From NCBI RefSeq assembly GCF_044704955.1, contig NC_091977.1, positions 307,458,001 through 307,522,000 of the forward strand: a stretch of 64,000 bases of DNA, given 5' to 3'. The notes under the pieces are model-generated. The model was not told the DNA's origin, did not search any database, and worked only from the letters and a program-made list of their open reading frames with translations. Positions 24,243 to 37,875 of this stretch are shown one piece after another (the first letter of the stretch is position 1; each line of letters opens with the position of its first letter). Position numbers and translations under genes: made by a program. This DNA is from Pristiophorus japonicus. Lineage: Eukaryota.

Positions 24243-25314
24243 GTATGATAAAAATCTGAAATTGGTGTTCTAGTGGATGCTTGATCATAAACAATAAGTT
24301 AAAGTATTAAAAAGACATATTTTAGCATGCAATATATAATCTGAAAGAACAAGTGTTTTCCATTGAACTGTCACAAAATTGTACATGCTATTAGGACAGA
24401 TAGGTATCTGTACACTTTCTGGCGTTCCTTTGACCCATTCTTTAAAATTACTGGATGCTGACAAGACATTTTGTGTAATTCACAATACACAATCCCATTC
24501 ATGACATCTCTGGAATGAAATTTTATGATGTCATACCAGAGAAAAGTCTAGAGTGCTCTTGGACTCTCTCTAGTAACAGTTGTAAAGGAAGCACAAGAAA
24601 ATATATTATTGATTGTGTAAAAATCTCCCTTTTTATTTTACATAAGGTACAATTCTGCAGTGGTACAGTTGGGGCCTGCAAAACTAAGTGGGTATGTCTC
24701 CAAGCACTCTGCGCTGAGCTGTCTGTTCAGCAGAAAAAAAGATTTTTAAGTTTTTGAGGTAGTGTTATGCATCCAACAATTATGTAGATGACTGAAAGGC
24801 ACCCCTAGCAGCTTTCATCTTGTGACAGTTCACAGGGCCACAACAATTTAACGGACCAGGATAAATGGATGCTGGTGGGGCTAGGGATACTCCTTACTGC
24901 CGTGGCTATTGACACCAATCTGGAACACTCACACTGGTGTTGAGAGAAAACACAATGAGGCTCAGAGAACCGTAGAAGTTTACAGCACAGAACGAGGCAA
25001 TTCAGTCCATCATATCTGTGCACTGACATTGTGTTTCCGGATGATGCAACCATAAAAGGGAAATGGTGAGAGCAACAATGAGGGGAGGAGGAGGAGCAGA
25101 GGGAAATAGTGAGAGAAGACCAGAGACAACCATGCAGGAAGAACAAGAGGAAAAGGGCGATATCTATCCTTTCAGCAGGTGTTGCTGGATAGTGATCAGG
25201 AGTGGGAACTCCAGCTCACATTTCATTCACTAATACAGCGGTGCTAATATTATTGTATTGACTGAGATCAGTGAAACAAACACAGAATGAGGGTGAATCT
25301 TTAGATCTTGGCCT

Positions 25315-27836
25315 ATCATCATCATCATGCAGAAGACAAAGGTACGCGGAGTCAGAGGAAATATATTAGCATGGATTGAGAATTGGCTGGCTAACAGAAA
25401 GCAGAGAGTCGGGATAAATGGGTCCTTTTCGGGTTGGAAATCGGTGGTTAGTGGTGTGCCACACGGATGAGTGCTGGGACCACAACTGTTTACAATATAC
25501 ATAGATGACCTGGAAGAGGGGACAGAGTGTAGTGTAACAAAATTTGCAGATGACATAAAGATTAGTGGGAAAGCGGGTTGTGTAGAGGACACAGAGAGGC
25601 TGCAAAGAGATTTAGATAGGTTAAGCAAATGGGCTAAGGTTTGGCAGATGGAATACAATGTCGGAAAATGTGAGGTCATCCATCTTGGAAAAAAAAACAG
25701 TAAACGGGAATATTATTTGAATGGGAGAAATTACAACATGCTGCGGTGCAGAGGGACCTCGGGGTCCTTGTGCATGAAACTCTTTTAGAATCCCAAAAAG
25801 TTAGTTTGCAGGTGCAGCAGGTAATCGGGAAGGTGAATGGAATGTTGGCCTTCATTGCGAGAGGGATGGAGTACAAAAGCAGGGAGGTCCTGCTGCAACT
25901 GTACAGGGTATTGGTGAGGTCGCACCTGGAGTACTGCATGCAGTTTTGGTCACCTTACTTAAGAAAGGATATACTAGCCTTGGAGGGGGTACAGAGACGA
26001 TTCACTTGTCTGATTCCGGAGATGAGGGGGTTACCTTATGATGATAGATTGAGTAGACTGGGTCTTTGCTCGGAGTTCAGAAGGATGAGGGGGGATCTTA
26101 TAGAAACATTTAAAATAATGAAAGGGATAGACAAGAGGCAGAGAGGTTGTTTCCACTGGTCGGGGAGACTAGAACTATGGGGTACAGCCTCAAAATACAG
26201 GGGAGCCAATTTAAAACCGAGTTGAGAAGGAATTTCTTCTCCCAGAGGGTTGTGAATCTGTGGAATTCTCTGCCCAAGGAAGCAGTTGAGGCTAGCTCAT
26301 TGAATGTATTCAAATCACAGATAGATAGATTTTTAACCAATAAGGGAATTAAAGACTATGGGGAGCGGGCGGGTAAGTGGAGCTGAGTCCACGGCCAGAT
26401 CAGCCATGATCTTGTTGAATGGCGGAGCAGGCTCGAGGGGCTAGATGGCCTACACCTGTTCCTAATTCTTATGTTCTTATGTATTATAGGCAGTCCCTCG
26501 GAATCGAGGAAGACTTGCTTCCACTCTTAAAATGAGTCCTTAGGTGGCTGAACAGTCCAATACGAGAATCACAGTCCCTGTCACAGGTGGGACAGATAGC
26601 CATTGAGGGAAAGGGTGGGTGGGACAGGTTTGCCGCACGCTCTTTTTGCTGCCTGTGCTTGATTTCTGCATGCTCTCGGCGATGAGACTCGAGGTGCTCA
26701 GTGCCCTTCTGGATGCAGTTCCTCCACTTAGGGCGGCCTTTGGCCAGGGACTCCCAGTTGTCAGTGGGGATGTTGCACTTTATCAAAGAGGCTTTGAGGG
26801 TGTCCTTGTAACGTTTCCGCTGTCCACCTTTGGCTCGTTTGCCATGAAGGAGTTCCGAGTAGAGCGCTTGCTTTGGGAGTCTCGTGGCTGGCATGTGGAC
26901 AATGTGGCCTGCCCAGCGGAGCTAATCAAGTGTGATCAGTGCTTCGATGTTGGCCTGGCTGAGGACACTAATGTTGGTGCGTCTGTCCTCCCAGGGAATT
27001 TTTAGGATCTTGCGGAGGCATCATTGGTGGTATTTCTCCAGCGACTTGAGGTGTCTACTGTACATGATCCATGTCTCTGAGCAATACACGAGGGCGGGTA
27101 TTACTACAGCCCTGTGGACCATGAGCTTGGTGGCAGTTTTGAGAGCCTGGTCTTCAAACACTCTTTTCCTCAGGCGGCCGAAGGCTGCACTGGCGCACAG
27201 GAGGCGGTGTTGAATCTTGTCGACAATGTCTGCTCTTGTTGATAAGAGGCTCCCGAGGTATGGGAAATGATCCACGTTGTCCAGGGCCGCGCCGTGAATC
27301 TTGATGACTGGGGGGCAGTGCTGTGCGGCAAGGACAGGCTGGTGGAGAACCTTTTTCTTATGGATGTTTAGCGTAAGGCCCATGCTTTCGTACGCCTTTG
27401 TAAATATGTCGACTATGTCCTAGAATTTAGCCTCTGTATGCATCGTACACGTACTGTAGCTCGACGACAGAGGTTGGGCTGGTTTTGGACATGACCTGGA
27501 GTCGGTGAAGGTTGAACAGGTTCTCACTGGTTCTGTAGGTTTAGTTCCACACGAGGAGGGAGCTTGTTGACTGTGAAGTGGAGCATGGCAGCGAGGAAGA
27601 TTGAGAAGAGAGTTGGGGCGATGACGCAGCCCTGTTTGACCCCGGTCCGGACACGGATTGGGTCTGTAATGGATCCGTTGGAGCAGGTGGAGAATGTTGA
27701 CGAACTTTTGGGGGCATCTGAAACGGAGGAGGACGCACCATAGACCCTCACGGTTGACAGTGTCAAAGGCCTTTGTAAGGTCGAAGAAGGCCATGTATAA
27801 GGGCTGGCGCTGTTCCCTGCATTTTTCCTGCAGCTG
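25315..27836 (-). mobile_element. RTE LINE (body 26484-27836); its (cat)n tail at 25315 is split off by a CR1 insertion
   Basis: FFDLTKAFDTV, GVKQGCVIAPTLF, FPYLGS, C-terminal CPTC..SH.RTH. Confidence 0.88.
25330..26481 (+). mobile_element. CR1, young 5'-truncated copy
   Basis: FADDIK, RT C-terminus, (tatgttct)n tail. Confidence 0.92.
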
Positions 27837-28113
27837 AATCTTCCTGCAGGGTGAATCTTTAGATTTTGGCCTGTATAACTCAGCTAAGCATACAAGATGA
27901 AATTGCTGACCCATTTGGGGAACTAATGCTGTCAGGTTAGCTCCATAATGGTCAGGCAGTCTTCCCCACCCAATTTTCTTTAAGTACTTCATTATGGCAC
28001 ATACCTGAATTACTTTACTCATAATAAACAGCAGTCAAGTACTTTAAAAAAAAATGTCGAGTTCATTTTGTAAAAATTGTACTGAAATTTGAAGGAAAAC
28101 ATTTTTTTTCTAG

Positions 28114-28200
28114 GTAAATCTGGAATTGATAGAGAAGTTATTACTAAAAGGAGCTAAAGTTAGCACTGCAGACAAGCATGGACAAACAGTGCTTCATGAG
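28114..28200 (+). CDS. Coding exon, ankyrin repeat (VNLELIEKLLLKGAKVSTADKHGQTVLHE)
   Basis: ttttttttctag acceptor, GAG|gtatat donor, 87 nt, phase 0 to 0; ankyrin consensus LL..GA.V...D..G.T.LH. Confidence 0.9.
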
Positions 28201-29604
28201 GTATATATAATTATTTTTTTTTAAAGAAAGTATAGTAATGAGTTTTTGATAATAGAAAGATATTGGATGTAAAATTTTATTGGGATGCATTTACATTATA
28301 TGGGGTAAATGTTCTGAGCTCCAGTACCACAGCTGGGCCCCTCATGCAGCTGATGTGGATTGGAAAATTGCAGGTGCACGGCCCTGTTTTACCTCTTCAT
28401 TTCAACAGATGCAAAATTGGGAGCAGTATGTCAGCGATGTTCTGATCCCACTGAATGTGAAGTCTGGCTCGTGGCGCAGTATCCCTATAACTGCTGCACT
28501 GGTGCAAAGTGGTTTTGCTTTGCACTGATACTAACATTTTCTAGCACAAATACAGAGTTAGGGCTGGACCTGATTCCAGGCCAGGAATCTGGATTTGGAG
28601 AAATTACTTTGCATCAACACCACCATTATATTGTAAATGCATACTTGTAGATATGTGTGTATTTATTTAATTTCTAAAAATTTGATGCAGGTTATTGCAA
28701 CTAATTGTTGTAGTGTATGCATAGCTGAGACTGCTTACAGCCATAATATCTTAGATGTACCATGAAGACTTAGAACAATATTAGCATTTTGTTTAACTTA
28801 ATTTTGGTCAGCTTCATATCCAGGTTTTAGCATGAAACAACAGCTTTAACATTTGAAAGAAAATTTTTGTATCTTTTCGAAGTTAGTGTTCGAGAAGAAA
28901 ATTCTCAAGTTAATGTTGCAGGAATTATGAACTTGAGGACTGCTAAAACACTGCACGTCTGGGGAGACTGTTTCTTCTTGCTGCATGCCAGAAACCCACA
29001 TCGCAAAATTGCGTGCCTCATGATTTTCCAATTGATAGACTGAAAATCACTGGCTGAAGATGTGGAATTTCCTGATAATGTACTTTAGGTGTCTAGCGTG
29101 CAGAAACAGAATAGCTCCCATTTATCTATATCATGAAAATGCCATGGTTGGTGTGTGATTTCACCACTCTTTCTTTAACAACTCAGCATCACACTTACTC
29201 TTCTTATAATCAAATTATCGCAGTGTAAGTTTGCCAATATTTAAATTCTTCCAGTAAAACTATTTGATCTCGATGAAAATTTTCCAACTAATTTATGTGC
29301 AAACTTATTCATTGATTCAGATTTATTGTAATTCAGTTGTATACAAATTAGTTAGCAAAGGCAAAACTGTCAAATTGCTCCAACCACTATGAAAATATTT
29401 TATTTGCCATTTTCCCCTCAGCCAACAACCAACTTATAATAGGTATGAAACATAAAAATACATCTTTCATAATAACGTGACTAAACTTGCCCATAACTTG
29501 TTTTTTGTATCTTTAAATATCTTCATTAATATATATAGTTGATGGACTCAGCTTCTCTCAGCAGCTTAGGCTTGTAGTTATGTCTTCCAGAGCCATCACA
29601 CTAT

Positions 29605-29747
29605 GGGGTAGATCTTGACTTTGTGCGATAGAGTGAAAAGGGTGATAGTGAGTCAGCAGCCTATTTTACATCTCTGCTTAATCTTATTTCCATTGAAGTC
29701 AATAGGCAACACCTGATTTACACTATTGCACAAAGTCAAGATGTCTG
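29605..29747. mobile_element. Short palindromic MITE
   Basis: About 26-bp inverted arms: ATCTTGACTTTGTGCGATAGAGTGAAA and TTTACACTATTGCACAAAGTCAAGAT. Confidence 0.65.
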
Positions 29748-29756
29748 TTATTCCCT

Positions 29757-30158
29757 AGATGGGCTATTCCCTAGAATTTAGAAGTTTAAGGGGAGATCTG
29801 ATCGAAGTTTTCAGGATATTACGGGGAACACATAGAGAGAAACTATTTCTGTTGGTTCGGGATTCCAGGACGAGGAGGCATAGTCTAAAATTAGAGCTAG
29901 ACCTTTCCGGAGTGAAATTAGGAAATACTTCTACACGTAAAAGGTGGTAGAAGTTTGGAACACTCTTCCGCAAACGGCAATTGATGCTAGATCAATTGTT
30001 AATTTTAAATCGGAGATTGCTAGCTTTTTGTTAACCAAAGGTATTCAGGGATATGGCCAAAGGCAGGTATATGGAGTTGGATCGCAAATCAGCCAAGATC
30101 TCAATGAATGGTGGAACAGGCTCGAAGGGCTGAATGGCCTACTCCTGTTCCTATGTTC
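29757..30158 (+). mobile_element. CR1 3' fragment
   Basis: SLEFRSLRGDLIEVFRIL plus 3' UTR. Confidence 0.85.
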
Positions 30159-30699
30159 CTTCCAAGTCACACACCATCCTGTATTGGATAAATATCACTT
30201 TTGTCACCACTGTTAGGGAGTTCCAGGAAATTGACCCAACACTATTATGGAAGCAGAATCAGCACAAGGACTGTAGTGGTTCAAGGAGCAGAAAGCCCAT
30301 AGTCACCTTCGCAGGGAAAGTAAGGATGGCCAATAAATGAAGCATTGTTGCAGTCCAAGTACAAGTTTAAAAAAAAATGTGCATAATGCAACTATTTAAC
30401 CAGTGCAGTCTTGCTGTGAGGATGAAGAAAAGGAGTTTGGGTATGAGGGATCATAATAAATGGAGAATACCTGCTGAGTTATAGCTTCCAAACTTACCCT
30501 TGCTAATGCCTGCCATTACTTTTCTCCCCAGAAATGGGAGTGGCCTCTCCTCACGTGGGGTCAGCTACTTCAGGATGGCTATTCTTTAACCTTCCTGGGC
30601 CTATTCCTATAGTTGTGGCCTTCAAACAAACACAACAAAGACAATTATAGGGAACTCCCTGAGCGCCCAAACAGCACCCCAGCTCCGAGGACCTGCCTC

Positions 30700-33600
30700 A
30701 AGGCAAAGTCTTTGCAAATGAACGAGGACTGCAAAGCCGCGCGAGATCATGGCCAGCAGCAAACTATAAAAGGGCGCAAGAGAGCAGGAGAATCGGACTG
30801 CAAAACAGTGCGAAATTGGGGCCAGCGGCAAACTACAAAAGGGCTAGCCGGAGCAGCACCAACTGACCTGGGAGGATAAGTAAAAAGATTCAAAGTGTGA
30901 CATCACAGGAAAGCAGGGAAGTGATTCGTTGGTCAGTTTTTCTTTCTCTTCTTGGGCATTGATTTAAATTAAGAGCTGGATTAAAAATCTAAACTTTCAA
31001 AACGTGAAAACTTCATTCATTAAATATATTAGAGATGGCAGGGCAGGCGATGTGGAAGCTGGTTGACCCCATTGAGGTCCATGGCGACCACATCTGCAAT
31101 AAGTGTCTGCAGCTCAAAGAACTTCGGCTCCATGTTGAAGAGCTCGAGTTTGAGCTGCGGACACAGCGACACATCAGGTAGGGGGAGCATTACCTGGATG
31201 CTGTGTTCCATGAGGCAGTCACACCCCTTAGATTAATTAATTCAAATTTGGTCCGTGGTCAGCGACAGGAGGGTGCGACTACGAGCGAGGCAGGTATGGG
31301 GACCCAGGAGGTAGCCCTTGCACTTGTCCAACAGGTATGAGATTCTTACTCCCTGTGTGGACGAGGGCAGGGACTGCAGGAAGGATGAGCAAACTGACCA
31401 CAGCACCGTGGCACAGGCGGCCTTTCAAGTGGGGTGAGTAAAAAGAAATATTGTAGTGGTAGGGGACAGTATAGTTAGGGGGCTAGATACTGTTCTCTGC
31501 AGCCGAGAGCGTGAGTCCTGAAGGCTGTGTTGCCTGCCAGGGTTAAGGACATCTCTGGGCTGGAGAGGAACTTGGAGTGTGGGGGGGAAAGATCCAGTTG
31601 TCGTGGTCCACGAAGGCACCAGTGTCATAGATAGGACAAAGAAAGAGGTTCTGCTGAGGGAGTATGAACAGCTAGGGGCTAAATTAAAAAGCATAACCAC
31701 AAAGGTAATAATCTCTGGGTCACTACCTGAGACATGAGCAAATTTGCATAGAGTAAATAAGATCAGAGAGATGAACGCATGGCTCAAAGATTGGTGTGGG
31801 AGAAATAGATTTCAATTCATAGGGCACTGACCACCAGTATTGGGGTAAGAGGGAACTGTTTCATTGGCTTGGGCTTCTCTTGAACCAGGCTGGGGCCAGA
31901 GTCCTGACGAATCGAATAACTACGACTGTTGATAGGGCTAAATAGTGGGGGGAAGGAATCCAATGAGCGGAAATGTAAAAAGAGAAAGGAGAAGGCAAAG
32001 GTGCAGGGTAGCAATAGGGGTAATGATAACCAAAGTGTGACGGGAAGGGACAGAACGTATACACCCAAGATAAAATTAAAAGCTCAATATCTGAACGCAC
32101 GCAGCATTCGTAACAAGATAGATGAGCTGACGGTACAAGTAGAAAGAAATGGGTATGATCTGATTGCCATTACAAGGATGTGGTTGCAAGGTGACCAAGG
32201 ATGGAAACTGAATATTCAGGGGTATTTGTCATTTTGTAAGGATGGCAGAAAGGAAAAAGAGGTGGGGTAGCTCTGTTAAGAAGGGATGAGATCAGTGCAG
32301 TAGTGAGAAATGATATGGCTCAGAAGATCAAGATGTAGAATCAGTTTGGGTGGAGATAAGAAATAACAAGGGTAGGAAGTCACTGGTGGGAGTGGTCTAC
32401 AAGCCCCCAAACAGTAGCCACACAGTAGGACAGAATATAAATCAAGAAATAATACAGGCTTGTAAGAAAGGTACGGCAATAATCATGGGCGATTGTATGC
32501 GTAGAGTGTATGTGGGGATGGTTTCTTGGAACAATACGTTGTGGAACCAACATGGGAGCAGACTATTTTAGATTTGGTAATGTGTAACGAAGTTGGATTA
32601 ATTAATGATCTCTTAGTGAAGGATCCTCTTGAGAAGAGTGATCATAGCATGGTAGAATTTCAAATTCAGTTTGAGGGTGAGAAAGCTAGTTCTCAAACTA
32701 GTGTCCTGAACTTAAATAAAGGTAATTACAAAGGTATGAAGGCAGAGCTGGTTAAAGTGGACTTGGAAAATATATTAAAGGGTAAGACTGTAGAAAAGCA
32801 GTGGCAAACATTTAAAGAGATATTTCATAACTCTCAGCAAAGATATATTCCAGTGAGAAAGAGAAGGATGAACCATCGATGGCTAACTAAGAAAGTAAAG
32901 GATGGTATCAAATTGAAAACAAAGGCATACAAAGTTGTGGAGAACAATGGAAGTCCAGAGGATTGGGAAATTTTTAGAAACCAGCAAAGGACGACTAAAA
33001 AAATGATAGAGAGAGAAGATAGCTTATGAGAGTAAACTAGCAAGAGATATAAAAACGGACAGTAAGAGCTTCTACAGTGTAAGTGGTTCTCTTAGGTGTT
33101 TTTGAAGCACCCCCACTTTACAATAGTTCTAACACTGGGAATTATTACTGTACGGAACAGATGAATGAGTCAGGGATGGGTACCTTGGTCCGAGTATCGG
33201 CAATGCTTTTATTAAAGTTAAAACACACACCTGCACCCAGTAAAACCACACACACCCTCGTGTGTAAAATAAACAAATGCACTACAATGCACAGTGTGGC
33301 CTGTCTAAACAGGCCCCTAACGTGAAGTACCCACGTCTAAAACACCTCCCCTGTAAACCCTGAAGAATTTGGTTGGGAGAAAGCACAATACCCCTCACAT
33401 CGTGGCTGTGATCTTAAGCGATGTGTGTGCAGAAATGATGCTCACCAATTCACTGGCTTACTCGCTGCTTCTTCCAATGAAAAGGTGTCTCTTCTGGTTT
33501 CTTCTTCTTGTAGGGGCGAAGCAGCGACGCAAGAGAGAGAGCTGTGACCCACACGGCCTCTTTTATATCCCAAGTTCGTTTGCCTTTTCAGGCTGAATAA

Positions 33601-35795
33601 AGTTTGTTTCGAGAGCTTCCTGTGGGTGTGTCTTCTGCTTTTAGCCCAATAAAGTTTCTTCCTTTGTTTCGAGGTTTCCTGTTTTTCCAGTGATGAGCTT
33701 CTGAGCAGTCTGGGCTTAATGGCTTTCTATTGTTCTGGTATCTCATCCAGGTAATGGCTCCATCAGTTCACTTGACGAGTTCACATTGCTTAACAAAACA
33801 CAGGACATTTGCTCATTACCTGCAATGAATTGCCTTAGCTTGACCATTGTCATGGAGCAGCACCCGGGCCCCTCCCACAAACAGTTCCAGCTTTTTTTTT
33901 GCGGTGAGAAAAATATTAAACCGCAAATCCTTGGGGATTAAAACGCAATGTCCAGATCCTTGGGGATTCGATACTTACAACAGGTATATAAAAAGGAAGA
34001 GAGTAGCCAAAATTAACGTTGATCACTTAGAGGATGAGACTGGGGAACTTAAAATGGGAAACAGAGAAATGGCAGAGACTTTGAACAAATATTTTGCATC
34101 GATCTTCATGGTAGAAGACACTAAAAGCATCCCAATAATAGATAATCAAGGGGCTATAGGGAGGGGGGAACTTAAAACAATCACGTTCACTAGAGGAAAA
34201 AGTACGAGGCAAACTAATAAAACTAAAGGTGGACAGGTCCCCTGGACCTGATGGTCTGCATCCTAGGGTCTTAAAAGAGGTGGCTGCAGAGATAGTGGAT
34301 GCATTGGTTGTAATCTACCAAAATTCCCTGGATTCTGGAGAGGTCCCAGCAGATTGGAAAACCGCAAATGCAATGCCCCTATTTAAGAAAGGAGGGAGAC
34401 AGAAAGCAGGAAACTATAGACCAGTTAGCCTAACATCTGTCATTGGGAAACCACTGGAGTCCATCATTAAGGAGGTAGTAGCAGGACATTTAGAAATCAT
34501 AATGCAGTCAAGCAGAGTCAGCATGGTTTTATGAAAGGGAAATCATGTGTGACAAATTTGCTTGAGTTCTTTGAGGATATAATGAGCAGGGTGGATAAAG
34601 GGAAGCCAGTAGATATCGTGTATTTGGATGTCCAGAAAGCATTCAATAAGGTGTCACATAAAAGGTTATTGCACAAGGTAAGAGCTCATGGGGGGGGGCG
34701 TAATATATTTGCGTGGATGAAGGATTGGCTACCTCGGAGAAAGCAGAGAGTCGGGATAAATGGGTCATTTTCAGGTTGGCAAACTGTAACTAGTGGAATG
34801 CCACAGGGATCAGTGCTGGGGCCTCAACTATTTATAATTTCTATTAATGACTTGGATGAAGGGACCAAGTGTAATGTAACCAAAATTGCTGATAATACAA
34901 AGATAGGTAGGAAAGCAAGTTATGAGGAGGACACAAAGAATCTACAAAGGTATATAGATAGGCTAAGTGAGTGGGCAAAAGTTTGGCAGATGGAGTATAA
35001 TGTGGGGAAATGTGAGGTTATCTACTTTGGTAGGAAAATTAAAAAAGCAAATTATTACTTAAATGGGGTGAGATTACAAAAAGCGGTACAGAGGGATCTG
35101 GGGATCGTTGTACATGAAACACAAAAAAGTTAGCATGCAGGTACAGCAAGTAATCAGGAAGGCAAATGGAATGTTGGCCTTTATTAAAAGGGAGATGGAG
35201 TATAAAAGTAGGGAACTCCTGCTACAACTGTGGTAAGACCACACCTGGAATACTGCGTACAGTTTTGGTCTCCTTATTTAAGAATGGATATACTTGCACT
35301 GCTGGCAGTTCAGAGAAGGTTCACGAGGTTGATTCCTGAGATGAAGGGGTTGTCATATGAAGAAATGTGCCGGTTGGGCCTATACTCATTGGACTTTAAA
35401 AGACTTGGAGGTGATCTTACTGAAGCGTATAAGATTCTGAGGGGGCTTGACAGAGTAGATGCAGAGAGGATGTTTCCCCTCGTGGGGGAATCTAGAACTT
35501 GGGGGTATAGTTTCAGAATAAGGGGCCACTCATTTAAAATTGAGATGAAGAATTTCTTCTCTCAGAGAGTCGTGAATCTGTGGAATTCTCTGCCCCAGAG
35601 AGCTGTGGAGGCTGGGTCATTGAATGTATTTAAGGTGGAGATAGACAGATTTTTGAAAGATAAGGGAGCCAAGTGTTATGGGGAGCAAGCGGGGAAGTGG
35701 AGTTGAGGCCAGGATCAGATCAGCCATGATCTTATTGAATGGCAGAGCAGGCTTGAGCAGCTGAATGGCCTACTCCTCTTATTTCTTATGTTCTT
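30700..35795 (+). mobile_element. Near full-length decayed CR1 (5' monomers, ORF1 zinc finger/esterase, ORF2 EN-RT)
   Basis: HICNKCLQL, VVVGDSIVRG, YLNARSIRNK, full RT motif set and 3' tail; many stops; interrupted by a solo LTR. Confidence 0.92.
33078..33979 (-). mobile_element. Solo LTR, 902 bp
   Basis: TGTAAGT...ACTTACA termini; perfect 4-bp TSD ACAG whose removal restores the CR1; TATA (33561-67) and AATAAA (33208-13) on the - strand. Confidence 0.85.
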
Positions 35796-36224
35796 ACAGT
35801 TTTTCTGGTGGCAGTACTCAATGTGAGCAAAACTTGGAACGTTTGTGCTTTACTGTAACTGTGCTCTAATCTTCTGGATGTAAAAGAACTGTGATAAAGG
35901 GGACTGTTCTCGACATGCTCTCTCTCTCAGGGGTTAGGAGAGAAACATATACTCTTGGGACATGCCTTTCATGTCAAAGAGCAAGTAAGAGAGAAAACAT
36001 TTATCTTGCCAATTCACCAGATCAGCCAAAAACTTGCACCTCCAGCTTTTTGCTGCACCTTTTTCAGCAGGCCTCCAGGGTCAGTAAAAGAAACAGCTTT
36101 GTCCAGAATTCTCATTTGAGACATTCTCTGCGTCGTTTGTCTCCAATAATAGTTGCCTTTCCTTTGGAGGTTAGCTGTTATCCTTTAAGAGCTGCTGTCG
36201 GCTCTCATTCCAAGTCCAAGCCAA

Positions 36225-36755
36225 TTGCATTCCTGTCCTGACTTCCTGTGCATGCTTTCTAAGTGCGGGAAACTGAGGCTTTCAAAGCCCCTATCAGCCC
36301 CACCAAGCAAAAAATACCCTCGATCCCTCTGTCTTTGCTGTGACTGCCACCCTATCTCCAACTTGGTTTTCCTTTCCAAAGTCCCCAAAGTTACCTCCCA
36401 GATCCATACCCATCTCTCCTGTAACTTCCTGTTTGAATCTCTCCAATCACCAGCTTTCTACCTCTCCCATTGCACCGATGTGGCCCGAACCAAAGTCATG
36501 GAGGACATCCTCTGTGACTGTAACCACGGTACATATGACACAATATGGTCAACTGCACCAACTTCTTCCAATGCCACTCATTCGGTGTCCAGCAGTGTGG
36601 AACTGAACTTGCTTGGTTTCATTGTTTACCTATTCAATTGTAGTAAGGATCTTTTCCAATGGTTTCTTTTCCCATCCCAGTAATGTCACCTGGGGAATCC
36701 CCCAAGGATCCTTGCCCCATCCGCTTCCTCATTTACATGCTGGCTTTTGGTGACA
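36225..36755 (+). mobile_element. Old L2 RT fragment
   Basis: HPISNLVFLSK, FESLQS, DILCDC, G.PQGS. Confidence 0.7.
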
Positions 36756-37229
36756 TTTGCTTTTCCTGTCAGCCAATTTGTCTGACATCCAAGAAAATCA
36801 GTGCATTTTACTTCCTGGTTTGTTGCCTGTGAGAATTATTCAATGTGATTGGCTGCTTAGCCAGCTTGATGACATCACTATTGCTAGACACTGGAGATCC
36901 CCTAGACTTGGGGGTCAGATTCAAATTAATGTCAGGAGAAGTGAAATCAACACCACAGAGATTTACTATATCTTTGTAATAAACTTTCTTCGAGGTCAGT
37001 GGCGAGCGACCGCAAAATCCGGGCCAATGTTTTGGTCATTGCACATTAATGCATTGAATTATTTTGTTTAATTCTTCTAGCATATATGGACTCATGAAAG
37101 TTATGTTAAAAGTAACATTACCAACAAAGAAACTAGACCACTAGTAAGTATGCTGTAACAATACATATGATGCTTTACAGCCATGTAGCCCAATCCCTGA
37201 TTTGTTTGTTTTTTTAATATATTTTTTAG

Positions 37230-37380
37230 GTTGCACGTAATTGGCATGTTGACATAGCTTCCTTTTTAATAGAAAGAGGAGCAAAAGTAGACCACGCTGA
37301 TAACTATGGCCGAACTCCACTCCATGTTGCTGCAGCCTTGAACTACGTTGAAATGATTGCGCTGTTATTACAAAATAATG
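37230..37380 (+). CDS. Coding exon, ankyrin repeats (VARNWHVDIASFLIERGAKVDHADNYGRTPLHVAAALNYVEMIALLLQNN)
   Basis: atttttttag-type acceptor, G|gtaaag donor, 151 nt, phase 0 to 1; GRTPLHVAA ankyrin motif; continues the repeat begun in the previous exon. Confidence 0.93.
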
Positions 37381-37712
37381 GTAAAGATGCAGCTTATGGA
37401 TGCAAAATGTGAATTTCATGTCTTTCTAGTTTTTTGCAAATTAGAACTATACAGACTTAAACTGCTCCTATGTTGCGATGGTGCTTTGTGATGATGCAAT
37501 CTGCCTCATTTTGTTTCTGATTTTGGGCACACTAACAGGGATAGGGTGCACAAATGAAATACCTTCCAAAATTCCAGGGGGTCATTGATTGCACCCTTGT
37601 TGCCATTTGGGTCAATGTGCAAAAGAGGGTTTGATATCAGTGTCCAGCTGATGTGTGACCATCTGCACAGGATGATGCAGGTGATGCCAATGCTTCCAGG
37701 AGCTCTCACAAT

Positions 37713-37875
37713 CAACATTACCGCTAAACTACGCAGCTGAGCAACGGTATGGAGCTCCCACGCAGTCCACTCACAGGTTTTTACATTAAAAAAACACGTA
37801 TGCTCGAAAATTTGAATGGGCCACGCAGCCAGTTAAAGGGACCGTATACGAAAAAAAAAATTAGAGGGAACATTT
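37713..37875. mobile_element. Possible hAT-type MITE
   Basis: Right end TTAGAGGGAACATT with a degenerate left match CAACATTACCGCTAA; TSD not convincing. Confidence 0.4.
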
